Origin: Escherichia coli
Lineage (GTDB): Bacteria > Pseudomonadota > Gammaproteobacteria > Enterobacterales > Enterobacteriaceae
DNA length: 64,000 nucleotides
Direction: 5' to 3' (one strand)
Assembly: GCF_017348835.2 (NCBI RefSeq)
Contig: NZ_CP071375.1
In this document: positions 11,446 through 19,647 of the stretch, piece by piece
Layout of the letters: every line of letters begins with the position of its first letter
How positions within the stretch are numbered: the stretch's first letter is position 1
Notes under the pieces: generated by a model
Databases searched by the model: none
Seen by the model: the letters and a program-made list of their open reading frames with translations, nothing else
What the model was told of the DNA's origin: nothing
Position numbers and translations under genes: made by a program

Positions 11446-13541
11446 CAATTTTTTACCGAGGTAGAAGCAAGGGCAAGAGGATAAACCGTCGGGCAACCTG
11501 CCTGGCCTAACAGTGCTGTCAGAACTGTCAGCGTCCATGCAGAATCCACGATATCGTCAACCAGCAACGCCGGACCAGGCATCAAAGGAGGGGTAATCAC
11601 AAACGCCCCGTCGAGATTTTGACACTGGTGGAAACGGTTTTGCTGCATTTTCTGCGGTGGATTGTCCACGACTTTTTCAATGGCATCAATAAAAGGTAAG
11701 CCAAGTTTCGCCGCCAGTCGCCGGGCAAAATCAGGAACCAGGTCGAGGTGCTTTAATGAAGGAACGCAGCATACCCAGGTTGGTTCAGGATGCGGATTCC
11801 AGCGTTGGCGAACCATTTCCGCACATGCCTCCACCAGTTCATCACTGAATCGCCCCGTTTTTTTCTCCTGTGCTACCTGCTTTCCCCACCCGGAATCTCC
11901 CCAACGAGAAAGGATTCGCCCCGTAGATCCTTGTAAACTCGCAGGCAAGTTCCCTTTAAATCCGTATTGCGTAAAAGCCCCAGCTGCCACCTGTTTATTG
12001 AGATTTAATGGCAGGTCAGCGTGTTTAATAAATAAGTTTGCCGCATGGAGTAAGCCGCTATCAATGTCGGGCGACAACAACGGATGCTGAAGACAACTGC
12101 TACATTTACCACAATGTTCGGCACCTGGCTCATCGAGTGCGCGGCGCAGAAATTGCATTTTGCACTCCTTGGTCGTGATATAGCTTTCAACGTCTGCCAG
12201 CTCACTTTTTCTCTGATTCATCAAATGGTTAATTCGTTCATGGTCAGGAGAAAAACTGACAATTGTTCTGCGCCATAATTTCTCGGTATACACCACAGGC
12301 GATGGATTTTCAGCTACCAATAATTTCAGTGCTTTTTCTATTTGCCCGTAACGGAGATTCGTCCGTTGTTCAATGCCTCGTAAGGTAAGACCGTCATTCA
12401 CGCTAAGTACGTTGAGTATTTCATGAATTTGCGCCTCCGCAGGAAAGGCGCTTTCACGGAAGAATTTATGAATAGCACGGTCTTCACTGCCGCAAAGCAG
12501 TATGCCAACAGCAGAATCGATACCGCGACCGGCACGCCCCACCTGTTGGTAGTAACCAACTATCGAACCTGGCATCTGGTAATGAATAACAAACCCCAAA
12601 TCCGGTTTGTCAAAGCCCATTCCCAGCGCCGTTGTCGCAACCAGCACTTTAATTTTATTTGCCAGCAACGCCTGCTCCAGATATTCCCTGGCAGTATTAG
12701 AATCTTCCGCGCCTTCACAAGTCACGCCGCTGTAGTAAGCAAATGCACTGATACCATTTTTCCTTAACCACTCGGCGACAAGTTCGGCATCGCGAGTAGT
12801 CAGGGTATAAACAATTCCCGATTTGGAAAACTGAGGGATAACTGTTGCTAACCATGCCAGACGGGATGACTGTTCACCTAAGACTAAGGCATCAAGCGCC
12901 AAACTTTCGCGAGCCAGCGTTCCACGCTGAATCACAATGTCACCCAATTGCTGACGGATATCCTCAACGACACGGTTATTCGCTGTCGCGGTTGTACCCA
13001 GAACAGGGGTATTCGCAGGTAGTTGGCGCAAAATATCTAATATACGTCGGTAATCCGGGCGAAAATCGTGGCCCCAATCAGAGATGCAGTGCGCCTCGTC
13101 GACCACAAGCAAGCCAATACGATCGGCTATAGGATATAAAACCGTTTCGATAAAGTCCTGGTTTGCCAAACGTTCCGGGGAAACCAGCAAGCAATCGACC
13201 TCACCTTGCAGCAACTTATCGCTAATGCGCTGCCATTCTTCTCTGTTTGTAGAATTCAACGTTTCAGCCGTAATACCTAACCGTTCAGCGGCGGCAACCT
13301 GGTTACGCATCAGGGCAAGCAAAGGAGAGATGATAATTGTCGGGCCAGCGCCGCGATCGCGGAAGATTTTACTGGCGATGAAGTACACAGCACTTTTCCC
13401 CCAGCCAGTGCGTTGGACAACCAGCAGTTTTCGCCGTTGGTTCACCACCGCGTCTATGGCTTCCCATTGCCCTTCCCTGAAAGTAGCGGTGGTATTTCCT
13501 AACATCCGCTGTAAAAGCAATTCAGCTGCGTGCTTTTCCAT
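11445..13541 (-). CDS. RecQ-family SF2 helicase fused to C-terminal ComF/GntX-type PRTase-like domain
   Basis: 698 aa; helicase motifs TGWGKS (Walker A), VVDEAHCISDWGHDFRPDY (DEAH), TATA, QQVGRAGR; RecQ-type Zn cluster CK...C..C..C (HCGKCSSC); C-terminal QNLDGAFVITPP...ALLVDDIVDSAWTLT resembles a PRTase fold with substituted PRPP loop; AGGAG SD 5 nt before ATG. Confidence 0.8.
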   Translation of the reverse strand: MEKHAAELLLQRMLGNTTATFREGQWEAIDAVVNQRRKLLVVQRTGWGKSAVYFIASKIFRDRGAGPTIIISPLLALMRNQVAAAERLGITAETLNSTNREEWQRISDKLLQGEVDCLLVSPERLANQDFIETVLYPIADRIGLLVVDEAHCISDWGHDFRPDYRRILDILRQLPANTPVLGTTATANNRVVEDIRQQLGDIVIQRGTLARESLALDALVLGEQSSRLAWLATVIPQFSKSGIVYTLTTRDAELVAEWLRKNGISAFAYYSGVTCEGAEDSNTAREYLEQALLANKIKVLVATTALGMGFDKPDLGFVIHYQMPGSIVGYYQQVGRAGRGIDSAVGILLCGSEDRAIHKFFRESAFPAEAQIHEILNVLSVNDGLTLRGIEQRTNLRYGQIEKALKLLVAENPSPVVYTEKLWRRTIVSFSPDHERINHLMNQRKSELADVESYITTKECKMQFLRRALDEPGAEHCGKCSSCLQHPLLSPDIDSGLLHAANLFIKHADLPLNLNKQVAAGAFTQYGFKGNLPASLQGSTGRILSRWGDSGWGKQVAQEKKTGRFSDELVEACAEMVRQRWNPHPEPTWVCCVPSLKHLDLVPDFARRLAAKLGLPFIDAIEKVVDNPPQKMQQNRFHQCQNLDGAFVITPPLMPGPALLVDDIVDSAWTLTVLTALLGQAGCPTVYPLALASTSVKN

Positions 13542-13639
13542 CTTTATCTCCTGCGATCTTTAGGCAGTGATTAGAACGGATTATTTGCAGGTAAATTTGC
13601 GAGAGAGATCAAAAAGATGAAGAGAGGAGAAAAGAGAAA

Positions 13640-13667
13640 TGAATTACTGCGAGCAAGCTCGCAGTAA
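13640..13667 (-). terminator. Intrinsic terminator after gntU (palindrome ttactgcgagc-aa-gctcgcagtaa, U-tract on minus-strand RNA)
   Basis: Near-perfect 11-bp inverted repeat just 3' of the gntU stop (13681), followed by T/C-rich run on the transcribed strand. Confidence 0.55.
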
Positions 13668-13680
13668 TTTGTCGCAGTAA

Positions 13681-15021
13681 TTAACTCAACAGCTGGAACG
13701 CAATCATCCCAACGATGGCACCAACAGTGCCGAGGATGGTTTCCATCATGGTCCAGGTTTTCAGCGTTTCGGCTTCGGTCGCGCCGGTAAATTTACCGAA
13801 CAACCAGAAACCGGCGTCGTTAACGTGGCTGACAACAATCGAACCACCGGCGATACAAATCGACAGCGCCGCCATTTGCGCACCGGAATAGTTCAGTTGT
13901 TCAATGACCGGCATCACCAGCCCCACCGCCGTTAAACAGGCAACGGTGGCAGACCCCTGAATGATGCGCACTGCAGCTGCCAGCACGAAGCAGGTGATAG
14001 CAATCGGCAGGCCCATGCCGGTTAACGCTTCGCCCAGTGCCGGACCTACGCCAGAGTCAACCAGCACCTGTTTGAACACGCCGCCCGCACCAATCACCAG
14101 CAGAATGATCCCCGCCGGTTGCAGCGCGTGACCGCAAATCTCCATCACTTTGTCTTTTGGCATGCCCTGACGCATTGCCAGACCGTAAATCGCCACCAGA
14201 CAAGCAACCAGAATCGCGGTAAACGGATGACCAATAAACTCGAACCATTCGTAAGCGGTAGAGCCTTCCGGCACAAAACGCGCGGCAATGGTTTTCAGCC
14301 CCACCAGCACCAGCGGCAGCAGGATCAGCGACAGGCTGAATCCGAAGGACGGCATTTTGCCTTCGCCGAGATGCGGCTCGCTGATGTCGTCAGGAATATG
14401 CAGCTCAACGTAACGGCTGATGAAGTTACCCCACAGCGGCCCGGCAATAATCATTCCCGGAATTGCCGCACACAGGCCAATCAGGATCATCCAGCCAAAA
14501 TCGGCGTTCATCTGCGATGCCAGCAGCATTGGCGCTGGCCCTGGCACCAGGAACGCCGCCGCTGCCGCCACGCCTGCGAATAATGGGATTACCAGCTTCA
14601 CCAGGTTCGTACCGGTGTGGCGCGCCATTGAAAAAGCAACGCTAATCAGCAGAACAATCGCCACTTCAAAGAACAGCGGTAGCGCACAGACCAGCCCCGC
14701 AAGGCCGATGGCATAATGCGCGCGGCTGTGACCGAAGGATTTGAGCATTTTGACGGCAATCTGATCGACTGCGCCGGTTTCATGTAAGATCTTGCCAAAC
14801 ATAGCTCCCAGGGCGACAACCACCGCCAGGAAGCCGAGGGTGCCTCCCATCCCTTTTTCCATCGTCGCTGCGATTTTATCGAGCGGCATACCGGAAAAAA
14901 GGCCAGCCCCCATGGACACCACCATCAAAGCCAGGAAAGCGTGCATACGCGCCTTCATGACTAAAAACAGCAGCAGTAAAACAGACCCTACTGCTGTTAA
15001 AACAAGCGTTAATGTAGTCAC
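13681..15021 (-). CDS. gntU: Low-affinity gluconate transporter GntU
   Basis: 446 aa GntP-family permease ORF, MTTLTLVLTAVGSVLLLLFLVMKARMH... Confidence 0.93.
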   Translation of the reverse strand: MTTLTLVLTAVGSVLLLLFLVMKARMHAFLALMVVSMGAGLFSGMPLDKIAATMEKGMGGTLGFLAVVVALGAMFGKILHETGAVDQIAVKMLKSFGHSRAHYAIGLAGLVCALPLFFEVAIVLLISVAFSMARHTGTNLVKLVIPLFAGVAAAAAFLVPGPAPMLLASQMNADFGWMILIGLCAAIPGMIIAGPLWGNFISRYVELHIPDDISEPHLGEGKMPSFGFSLSLILLPLVLVGLKTIAARFVPEGSTAYEWFEFIGHPFTAILVACLVAIYGLAMRQGMPKDKVMEICGHALQPAGIILLVIGAGGVFKQVLVDSGVGPALGEALTGMGLPIAITCFVLAAAVRIIQGSATVACLTAVGLVMPVIEQLNYSGAQMAALSICIAGGSIVVSHVNDAGFWLFGKFTGATEAETLKTWTMMETILGTVGAIVGMIAFQLLS

Positions 15022-15024
15022 TAC

Positions 15025-15552
15025 TTATTTGCCTTTTTTAATAACCTCAATGGTGCTTGCCACAACACCTTCCAGCGGTTGATCGATATCCACCACCAGT
15101 ACATCGGTTTCGTCCGCACCCGGCTCCTGCAGCGTTTCAAACTGCGTCACCAACATTTGGGTTTTAAAGAAATGGCCTTTGCGCGCTTTCAGGCGGCTTT
15201 CAATCACATCAAAATCGCCTTTCAGGTAGATGAAAGAGAGATTCGGATTACCTTCACGCAGCAAGTCGCGATAGTGTTTTTTCAATGCAGAACAGACGAT
15301 CAGTGACACTTTATTAGTGCGCTGCATAGCAAACGCGGCGTCGTTCAGCGCCTGCAACCACGGTTTGCGATCATCGTCATTCAGCGGTTCGCCAGACGCC
15401 ATTTTTTCGATATTGCGCCGTGGATGGAGGAAATCGCCATCAAGAAACGCGGCATGAAGTTGATGCGCCACTTCACTGGCGACCGCAGATTTGCCGCTGC
15501 CCGATACGCCCATCAAGACGTAAATGTGGTGATCATGGTTAGTCGTGCTCAA
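15025..15552 (-). CDS. gntK: Gluconokinase GntK (thermoresistant)
   Basis: Track ORF 15025..15573; conserved N-terminus STTNHDHHIYVLMGVSGSGKS preceded by in-frame TTG at 15552 taken as start; P-loop kinase. Confidence 0.85.
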   Translation of the reverse strand: MSTTNHDHHIYVLMGVSGSGKSAVASEVAHQLHAAFLDGDFLHPRRNIEKMASGEPLNDDDRKPWLQALNDAAFAMQRTNKVSLIVCSALKKHYRDLLREGNPNLSFIYLKGDFDVIESRLKARKGHFFKTQMLVTQFETLQEPGADETDVLVVDIDQPLEGVVASTIEVIKKGK

Positions 15553-15584
15553 AGTGGTGCCCCCACAATACAAGAATTAAAAAT

Positions 15585-15610
15585 GTTACGGGTAACTGTT
15601 ATCGGTAACA
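15585..15610 (-). promoter_or_regulatory. Tandem GntR operator-like palindromes (GTTAC-GG-GTAAC and TGTTA-TCGG-TAACA) upstream of gntK
   Basis: Two adjacent inverted repeats matching the GntR operator consensus ATGTTACCCGTAACAT in the gntR-gntK intergenic region. Confidence 0.55.
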
Positions 15611-15690
15611 TTGTCCGGCCGGACAATATCAGAAGCAATATCCATCCGTGCCTTAAGTGTATAAGTGTGAGCTACTTCAAATTTGTGGGC

Positions 15691-16686
15691 TTAAATAGAT
15701 CCACCCGGTGACAAGGTGAAACCTAAATCTAACATTTTCGGTGTCACAGATTCGCCACGAATACGCGCCAGCAGGCGTTCAGCGCCAATACTGCCCATCC
15801 GCTCACGCGGCGTCAGCACGCTCGCAAGTCGTGGCTCCATCACCTGACCAATGTCATGACCGTGGAAACCGGCAATCGCCATATCGTCAGGAACTTTTAA
15901 CCCCAGACGCTGACATTCAAACGCCGCACCGACCGCCAGATCATCATTAGTACAGAACACGCCATCCAGCTGCGGATATTCCCGCCGCGCCTGGCGAATC
16001 AGTTCAATACCGGAAGAGTAAGAAGAAGATTGCTCAACCATCACGCTATACGGCACCAGGCCTGCATCCCGCATCGCCTGTTCGTATCCCTTCTGTTTGA
16101 TGATAGTACGTTCGTCGAGACGTGCGCCGAGATAGGCAATATGGCGATGCCCGCGAGCAATAATGGCGGCGGTCATCTGGCGTGCCGCTTCAAAGTTATC
16201 AAAACCGACGGCGATATCGAGACACGGCGACTGGCTGTCCATCAACTCCACCACCGGGATCCCCGCCACTTCAATCATCTTTAAGGTGCGCGGCGTGTGG
16301 GTACGTTCGGTGAGGATCAGTCCGTCGATATTCCATGAGAGCATTGATTCGAGACGTTCTTGCTCCATTTCCGGTTTATAACCGTAGTGGGCCAGCATGG
16401 TCTGATAACCGTGCGCGTCGGTGACGCTTTCGATTCCGCGTAATACTTCCGCAAAAACCTGGTTGGTGAGAGAAGGTAACAGGACGCCAATCGCCCGGCT
16501 GGTGGCGTTAGAGAGGATATCGGGCGCACGATTGGGAATATAGCCCAGTTCATCAAGAGCCGCGGCAATCTTGCCGCGTAGAGCGACGGAAACCTGATCC
16601 GGGTTGCGTAAAAAACGGCTGACCGTCATTTTGGTCACGCCTACACGGTCAGCCACATCCTGAAGTACGGGTCTTTTCTTTTTCAT
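15691..16686 (-). CDS. gntR: LacI-family gluconate repressor GntR
   Basis: 331 aa, N-terminal HTH MKKKRPVLQDVADRVGVTKMTVSRFL..., periplasmic-binding-like core. Confidence 0.93.
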   Translation of the reverse strand: MKKKRPVLQDVADRVGVTKMTVSRFLRNPDQVSVALRGKIAAALDELGYIPNRAPDILSNATSRAIGVLLPSLTNQVFAEVLRGIESVTDAHGYQTMLAHYGYKPEMEQERLESMLSWNIDGLILTERTHTPRTLKMIEVAGIPVVELMDSQSPCLDIAVGFDNFEAARQMTAAIIARGHRHIAYLGARLDERTIIKQKGYEQAMRDAGLVPYSVMVEQSSSYSSGIELIRQARREYPQLDGVFCTNDDLAVGAAFECQRLGLKVPDDMAIAGFHGHDIGQVMEPRLASVLTPRERMGSIGAERLLARIRGESVTPKMLDLGFTLSPGGSI

Positions 16687-16909
16687 CGTCCTGAAGGTAC
16701 AAAAGAGATAGATTCTCTTAGTTTAACACGGACGCATCAGAACCTTCCCGGGGAAAACAGTGCTTGTTTACAATTATTAGATATACACTAAATCAATTGC
16801 ATCGCATTGTGCTAACGACGCGGCAAAACCCCGGAAGCGTACATCAGCACGCGACCAGAGCGAGCGAGGAAGCCTGCAAAAAGGCAGGCTTCAAAGATGC
16901 TGTTGAGTT

Positions 16910-17605
16910 TTAAACCGGCGGCAGATCGAACAGTAACACTTCGCTGTCGCTATCCGCATGGATGGAGATTGCCTGCTCATCCCAGATTGCCAGACCATCG
17001 CTGGTCGAGGCTTTCGCGCCGTTAATGGTGACATTGCCTTTCACCACCTGGATCCAGACGCGGCGTTCAGCGGCAATCTGATGCACCGACTGCTCATCTT
17101 TCAGCAACGCCCAGCGGTACAGTTCCATATCCTGATGCACTTTCAATGAACCATCTCGCGCATCTGGCGAAAGCACCAGTTGTTTGCCCTGCACGGCATC
17201 GAAGCGACGCTGTTCATAACGCGGCGTAATACCGTTTTCTTCAGGCATGATCCAGATCTGATACAGATGCAGACGCTCGGTGCTGCTTGGGTTGTACTCT
17301 GAGTGACGAATACCCGTACCCGCACTCATAATCTGGAACTCGCCCGCCGGAACCTGCTCTTTATTGCCCATGCTGTCCTGGTGCTCAACAGTACCTTCCA
17401 GCACGTAGGTCAAAATTTCCATATCTTTATGCGGGTGAGTGCCGAAGCCCTGCCCTGCTTCAATCACGTCGTCGTTAATCACGCGCAGCGCGGAGAAGCC
17501 CATAAAGTTCGGATCGTAATAGTTGGCAAAAGAGAAAGTATGCCAGGAGTCCAGCCAGCCATGATTTGCATGACCACGTTCATTTGCTTTGCGTAAGTAG
17601 ATCAT
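16910..17605 (-). CDS. yhhW: Pirin-like quercetin 2,3-dioxygenase YhhW
   Basis: 231 aa cupin ORF MIYLRKANERGHANHGWLDSWHTFSF... Confidence 0.9.
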   Translation of the reverse strand: MIYLRKANERGHANHGWLDSWHTFSFANYYDPNFMGFSALRVINDDVIEAGQGFGTHPHKDMEILTYVLEGTVEHQDSMGNKEQVPAGEFQIMSAGTGIRHSEYNPSSTERLHLYQIWIMPEENGITPRYEQRRFDAVQGKQLVLSPDARDGSLKVHQDMELYRWALLKDEQSVHQIAAERRVWIQVVKGNVTINGAKASTSDGLAIWDEQAISIHADSDSEVLLFDLPPV

Positions 17606-17727
17606 TTGTATTCGCCCCCTGAATGATTTCGATGGGCTTAGTGTGGACCCGATCTGCCTGGGATGATAGAGGGTGAAAATTGACCCCTCTGTTCAAAAAA
17701 ATTGAACTATTTAAGGGGCCATCAAAC

Positions 17728-18765
17728 TTACTTCGCGAGAGTCACGGTGGAGGGAGAGGCTTGCTCAAATCCGCGTTCAAGGATTTCCAGATTGGTAAGA
17801 ACTTCAGATTCCTTGACGTAATTTGGCGCACCGTGGGTGATGGTTTGATACAACGCATCATAAACGCACCCGTAATCGCCCATCTCCGGCTTCATCTCTT
17901 CTCTGACCGTCACGCCCTCGTCATTGACATACTCCAGCACACCGACCGAATCATCCGCTGCGAATCCCGGTTCGCCCGGCATAATATTAGCCTTCAGGCT
18001 GGTTTCCTGCTGGTCGATACCGTATTTAATAAACGAACCTTTCTTACCGTGAACGATAAATTTCGGATAATCGATTTTCACCAGATGGCTGGTTTTGACG
18101 ATGGCTTTCAGGTCACCATAAAACAACTGCGCTTCGAAGGTGTCGTCAGGATTGGCTTTATCACGCAGGCTGCGGATGTCATAAGCGACGTGATCCGGGC
18201 GACCGAACAGAGAAATAATCTGGTCCATCGTATGCACACCAAGGCCATAGAATGCGCCATCCTGCGGCAACCCAGGTTTGGTTTCTGCGACCGGGCGGTA
18301 ATAGTCAAAATGGCTTTCCACTTCAACAATCTCTCCCAGCTTGCCGCTTTCAATCGCTTTTTTCGCCGTCAGGAAGCAGGAATCAAAGCGACGATTCTGA
18401 TACGGCGTGACGGTCAGCCCTTTGCTTTTCGCCAACGCAAACAGCTCCTTCGCCTGGGCAAGCGTCGGGGTGAACGGTTTTTCGACCAGCACATTTTTCC
18501 CGGCTTCCAGCGCGCGTTTCGCGTACTCGAAATGGCTGTCCGCGTGGGTGCAGACAACAACCAGCTTAACATCGGGATCGTTTAGTACTTCGTCGAGATC
18601 GCTGGTGAAATGGATATGGGAATAAATGGGAGCCTGTTCTTCCGGCTTCGCATGGCGACGAAAAATATGCGCGACATGCCAGCTATCCTTGCGGTTAAGT
18701 ACATACGGCAGATGGTAACGGGTGGTGCTTTTGCCGAAGCCAATAAAGGCGCAGTTGATGACCAT
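17728..18765 (-). CDS. yhhX: Gfo/Idh/MocA-family NAD(P)-dependent oxidoreductase YhhX
   Basis: 345 aa, MVINCAFIGFGKSTTRYHLPYV... Rossmann N-terminus. Confidence 0.9.
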   Translation of the reverse strand: MVINCAFIGFGKSTTRYHLPYVLNRKDSWHVAHIFRRHAKPEEQAPIYSHIHFTSDLDEVLNDPDVKLVVVCTHADSHFEYAKRALEAGKNVLVEKPFTPTLAQAKELFALAKSKGLTVTPYQNRRFDSCFLTAKKAIESGKLGEIVEVESHFDYYRPVAETKPGLPQDGAFYGLGVHTMDQIISLFGRPDHVAYDIRSLRDKANPDDTFEAQLFYGDLKAIVKTSHLVKIDYPKFIVHGKKGSFIKYGIDQQETSLKANIMPGEPGFAADDSVGVLEYVNDEGVTVREEMKPEMGDYGCVYDALYQTITHGAPNYVKESEVLTNLEILERGFEQASPSTVTLAK

Positions 18766-18886
18766 GATTTCGTCCTTTTTAAGGTGGTTATTTACACCTT
18801 AGCGCAAAGCGGACGTGGTTCCTACTGGAGTGCGCATAACGAACACAAGCACTCCCGTGGATAAATTGAGAACGAAAGATCAAAAA

Positions 18887-18976
18887 AAAAGCCAGCACCC
18901 GGCTGGCTAAGTAATACTGGAAGCAATGTGAGCAATGTCGTGCTTTCAGGTTCTCCGCGAGGGTCTTCCTGATCGC
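18887..18976 (-). ncRNA. ryhB: RyhB small RNA (Fur-repressed, iron-sparing regulator)
   Basis: Minus-strand sequence GCGATCAGGAAGACCCTCGCGGAGAACCTGAAAGCACGACATTGCTCACATTGCTTCCAGTATTACTTAGCCAGCCGGGTGCTGGC + U-tract matches RyhB; located between yhhX and yhhY as expected. Confidence 0.9.
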
Positions 18977-18980
18977 GAGA

Positions 18981-19000
18981 CAATAATAATCATTCTCATT
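18981..19000 (-). promoter_or_regulatory. Fur box overlapping ryhB promoter
   Basis: caataataatcattctcatt resembles Fur consensus GATAATGATAATCATTATC, immediately upstream of the RyhB 5' end. Confidence 0.7.
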
Positions 19001-19098
19001 CGCACTTGTCCAACACTTTTTGCAAAAAAATGCATTTGACTCGTATTTGAAAGTCAATGATGTTGAAAGGGACATTTACCCCAAATGAGGACAAAGGA

Positions 19099-19587
19099 AT
19101 GAGTGAGATAGTGATACGCCATGCTGAAACGCGCGATTACGAGGCCATCAGGCAGATTCACGCCCAGCCGGAGGTGTATTGCAACACGCTACAAGTGCCT
19201 CATCCTTCCGATTATATGTGGCAGGAGCGACTCGCCGATCGTCCCGGCATCAAGCAACTCGTCGCCTGTATTGATGGAGACGTCGTGGGCCATCTCACCA
19301 TTGACGTGCAACAGCGCCCACGCCGCAGTCATGTTGCCGATTTTGGTATCTGTGTCGACTCCCGTTGGAAGAATCGCGGCGTCGCCAGCGCCTTTATGCG
19401 AGAGATGATTGAAATGTGCGACAACTGGTTGCGGGTAGATCGTATCGAGCTAACGGTGTTCGTCGATAACGCGCCAGCAATTAAGGTCTATAAAAAATAC
19501 GGCTTTGAAATTGAAGGGACTGGTAAGAAGTACGCATTGCGTAATGGTGAATATGTTGATGCGTATTATATGGCGCGGGTGAAATAA
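19099..19587 (+). CDS. yhhY: GNAT-family N-acetyltransferase YhhY
   Basis: Track ORF from 19057; conserved start MSEIVIRHAETRDYEAIRQIH at ATG 19099. Confidence 0.88.
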   Translation: MSEIVIRHAETRDYEAIRQIHAQPEVYCNTLQVPHPSDYMWQERLADRPGIKQLVACIDGDVVGHLTIDVQQRPRRSHVADFGICVDSRWKNRGVASAFMREMIEMCDNWLRVDRIELTVFVDNAPAIKVYKKYGFEIEGTGKKYALRNGEYVDAYYMARVK

Positions 19588-19612
19588 AGAATTTGCAATC
19601 TAAGTTTGCCAT

Positions 19613-19643
19613 TTAAGCCCTCACCTACCGGGAGAGGGCTTAA
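19613..19643. terminator. Bidirectional hairpin between convergent yhhY and ggt (ttaagccctc / gagggcttaa)
   Basis: 10-bp perfect inverted repeat with 11-nt loop in the 60-bp yhhY-ggt gap. Confidence 0.45.
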
Positions 19644-19647
19644 GATA

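Noticed and set aside
10243-11538. Longer 431-aa form of the DprA-like gene starting at ATG 11538
   Set aside because: Would overlap the helicase gene by 94 bp in a different frame; the internal ATG at 11445 gives the common TGATG coupling arrangement. Not fully excluded.
15611-15626. Perfect 16-bp palindrome ttgtccggccggacaa downstream of gntR
   Set aside because: Could be a terminator stem or protein site, but it has no adjacent U-tract and no loop; function undetermined, so not called as a feature.
16866-16895. Hairpin gaagcctgc-aaaaag-gcaggcttc downstream of yhhW
   Set aside because: Good stem but no U-tract on either strand; cannot be assigned as an intrinsic terminator with confidence.
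17680-18585. 301-aa plus-strand ORF overlapping yhhX
   Set aside because: Antisense to yhhX, whose Gfo/Idh/MocA features are clear; no independent signals.
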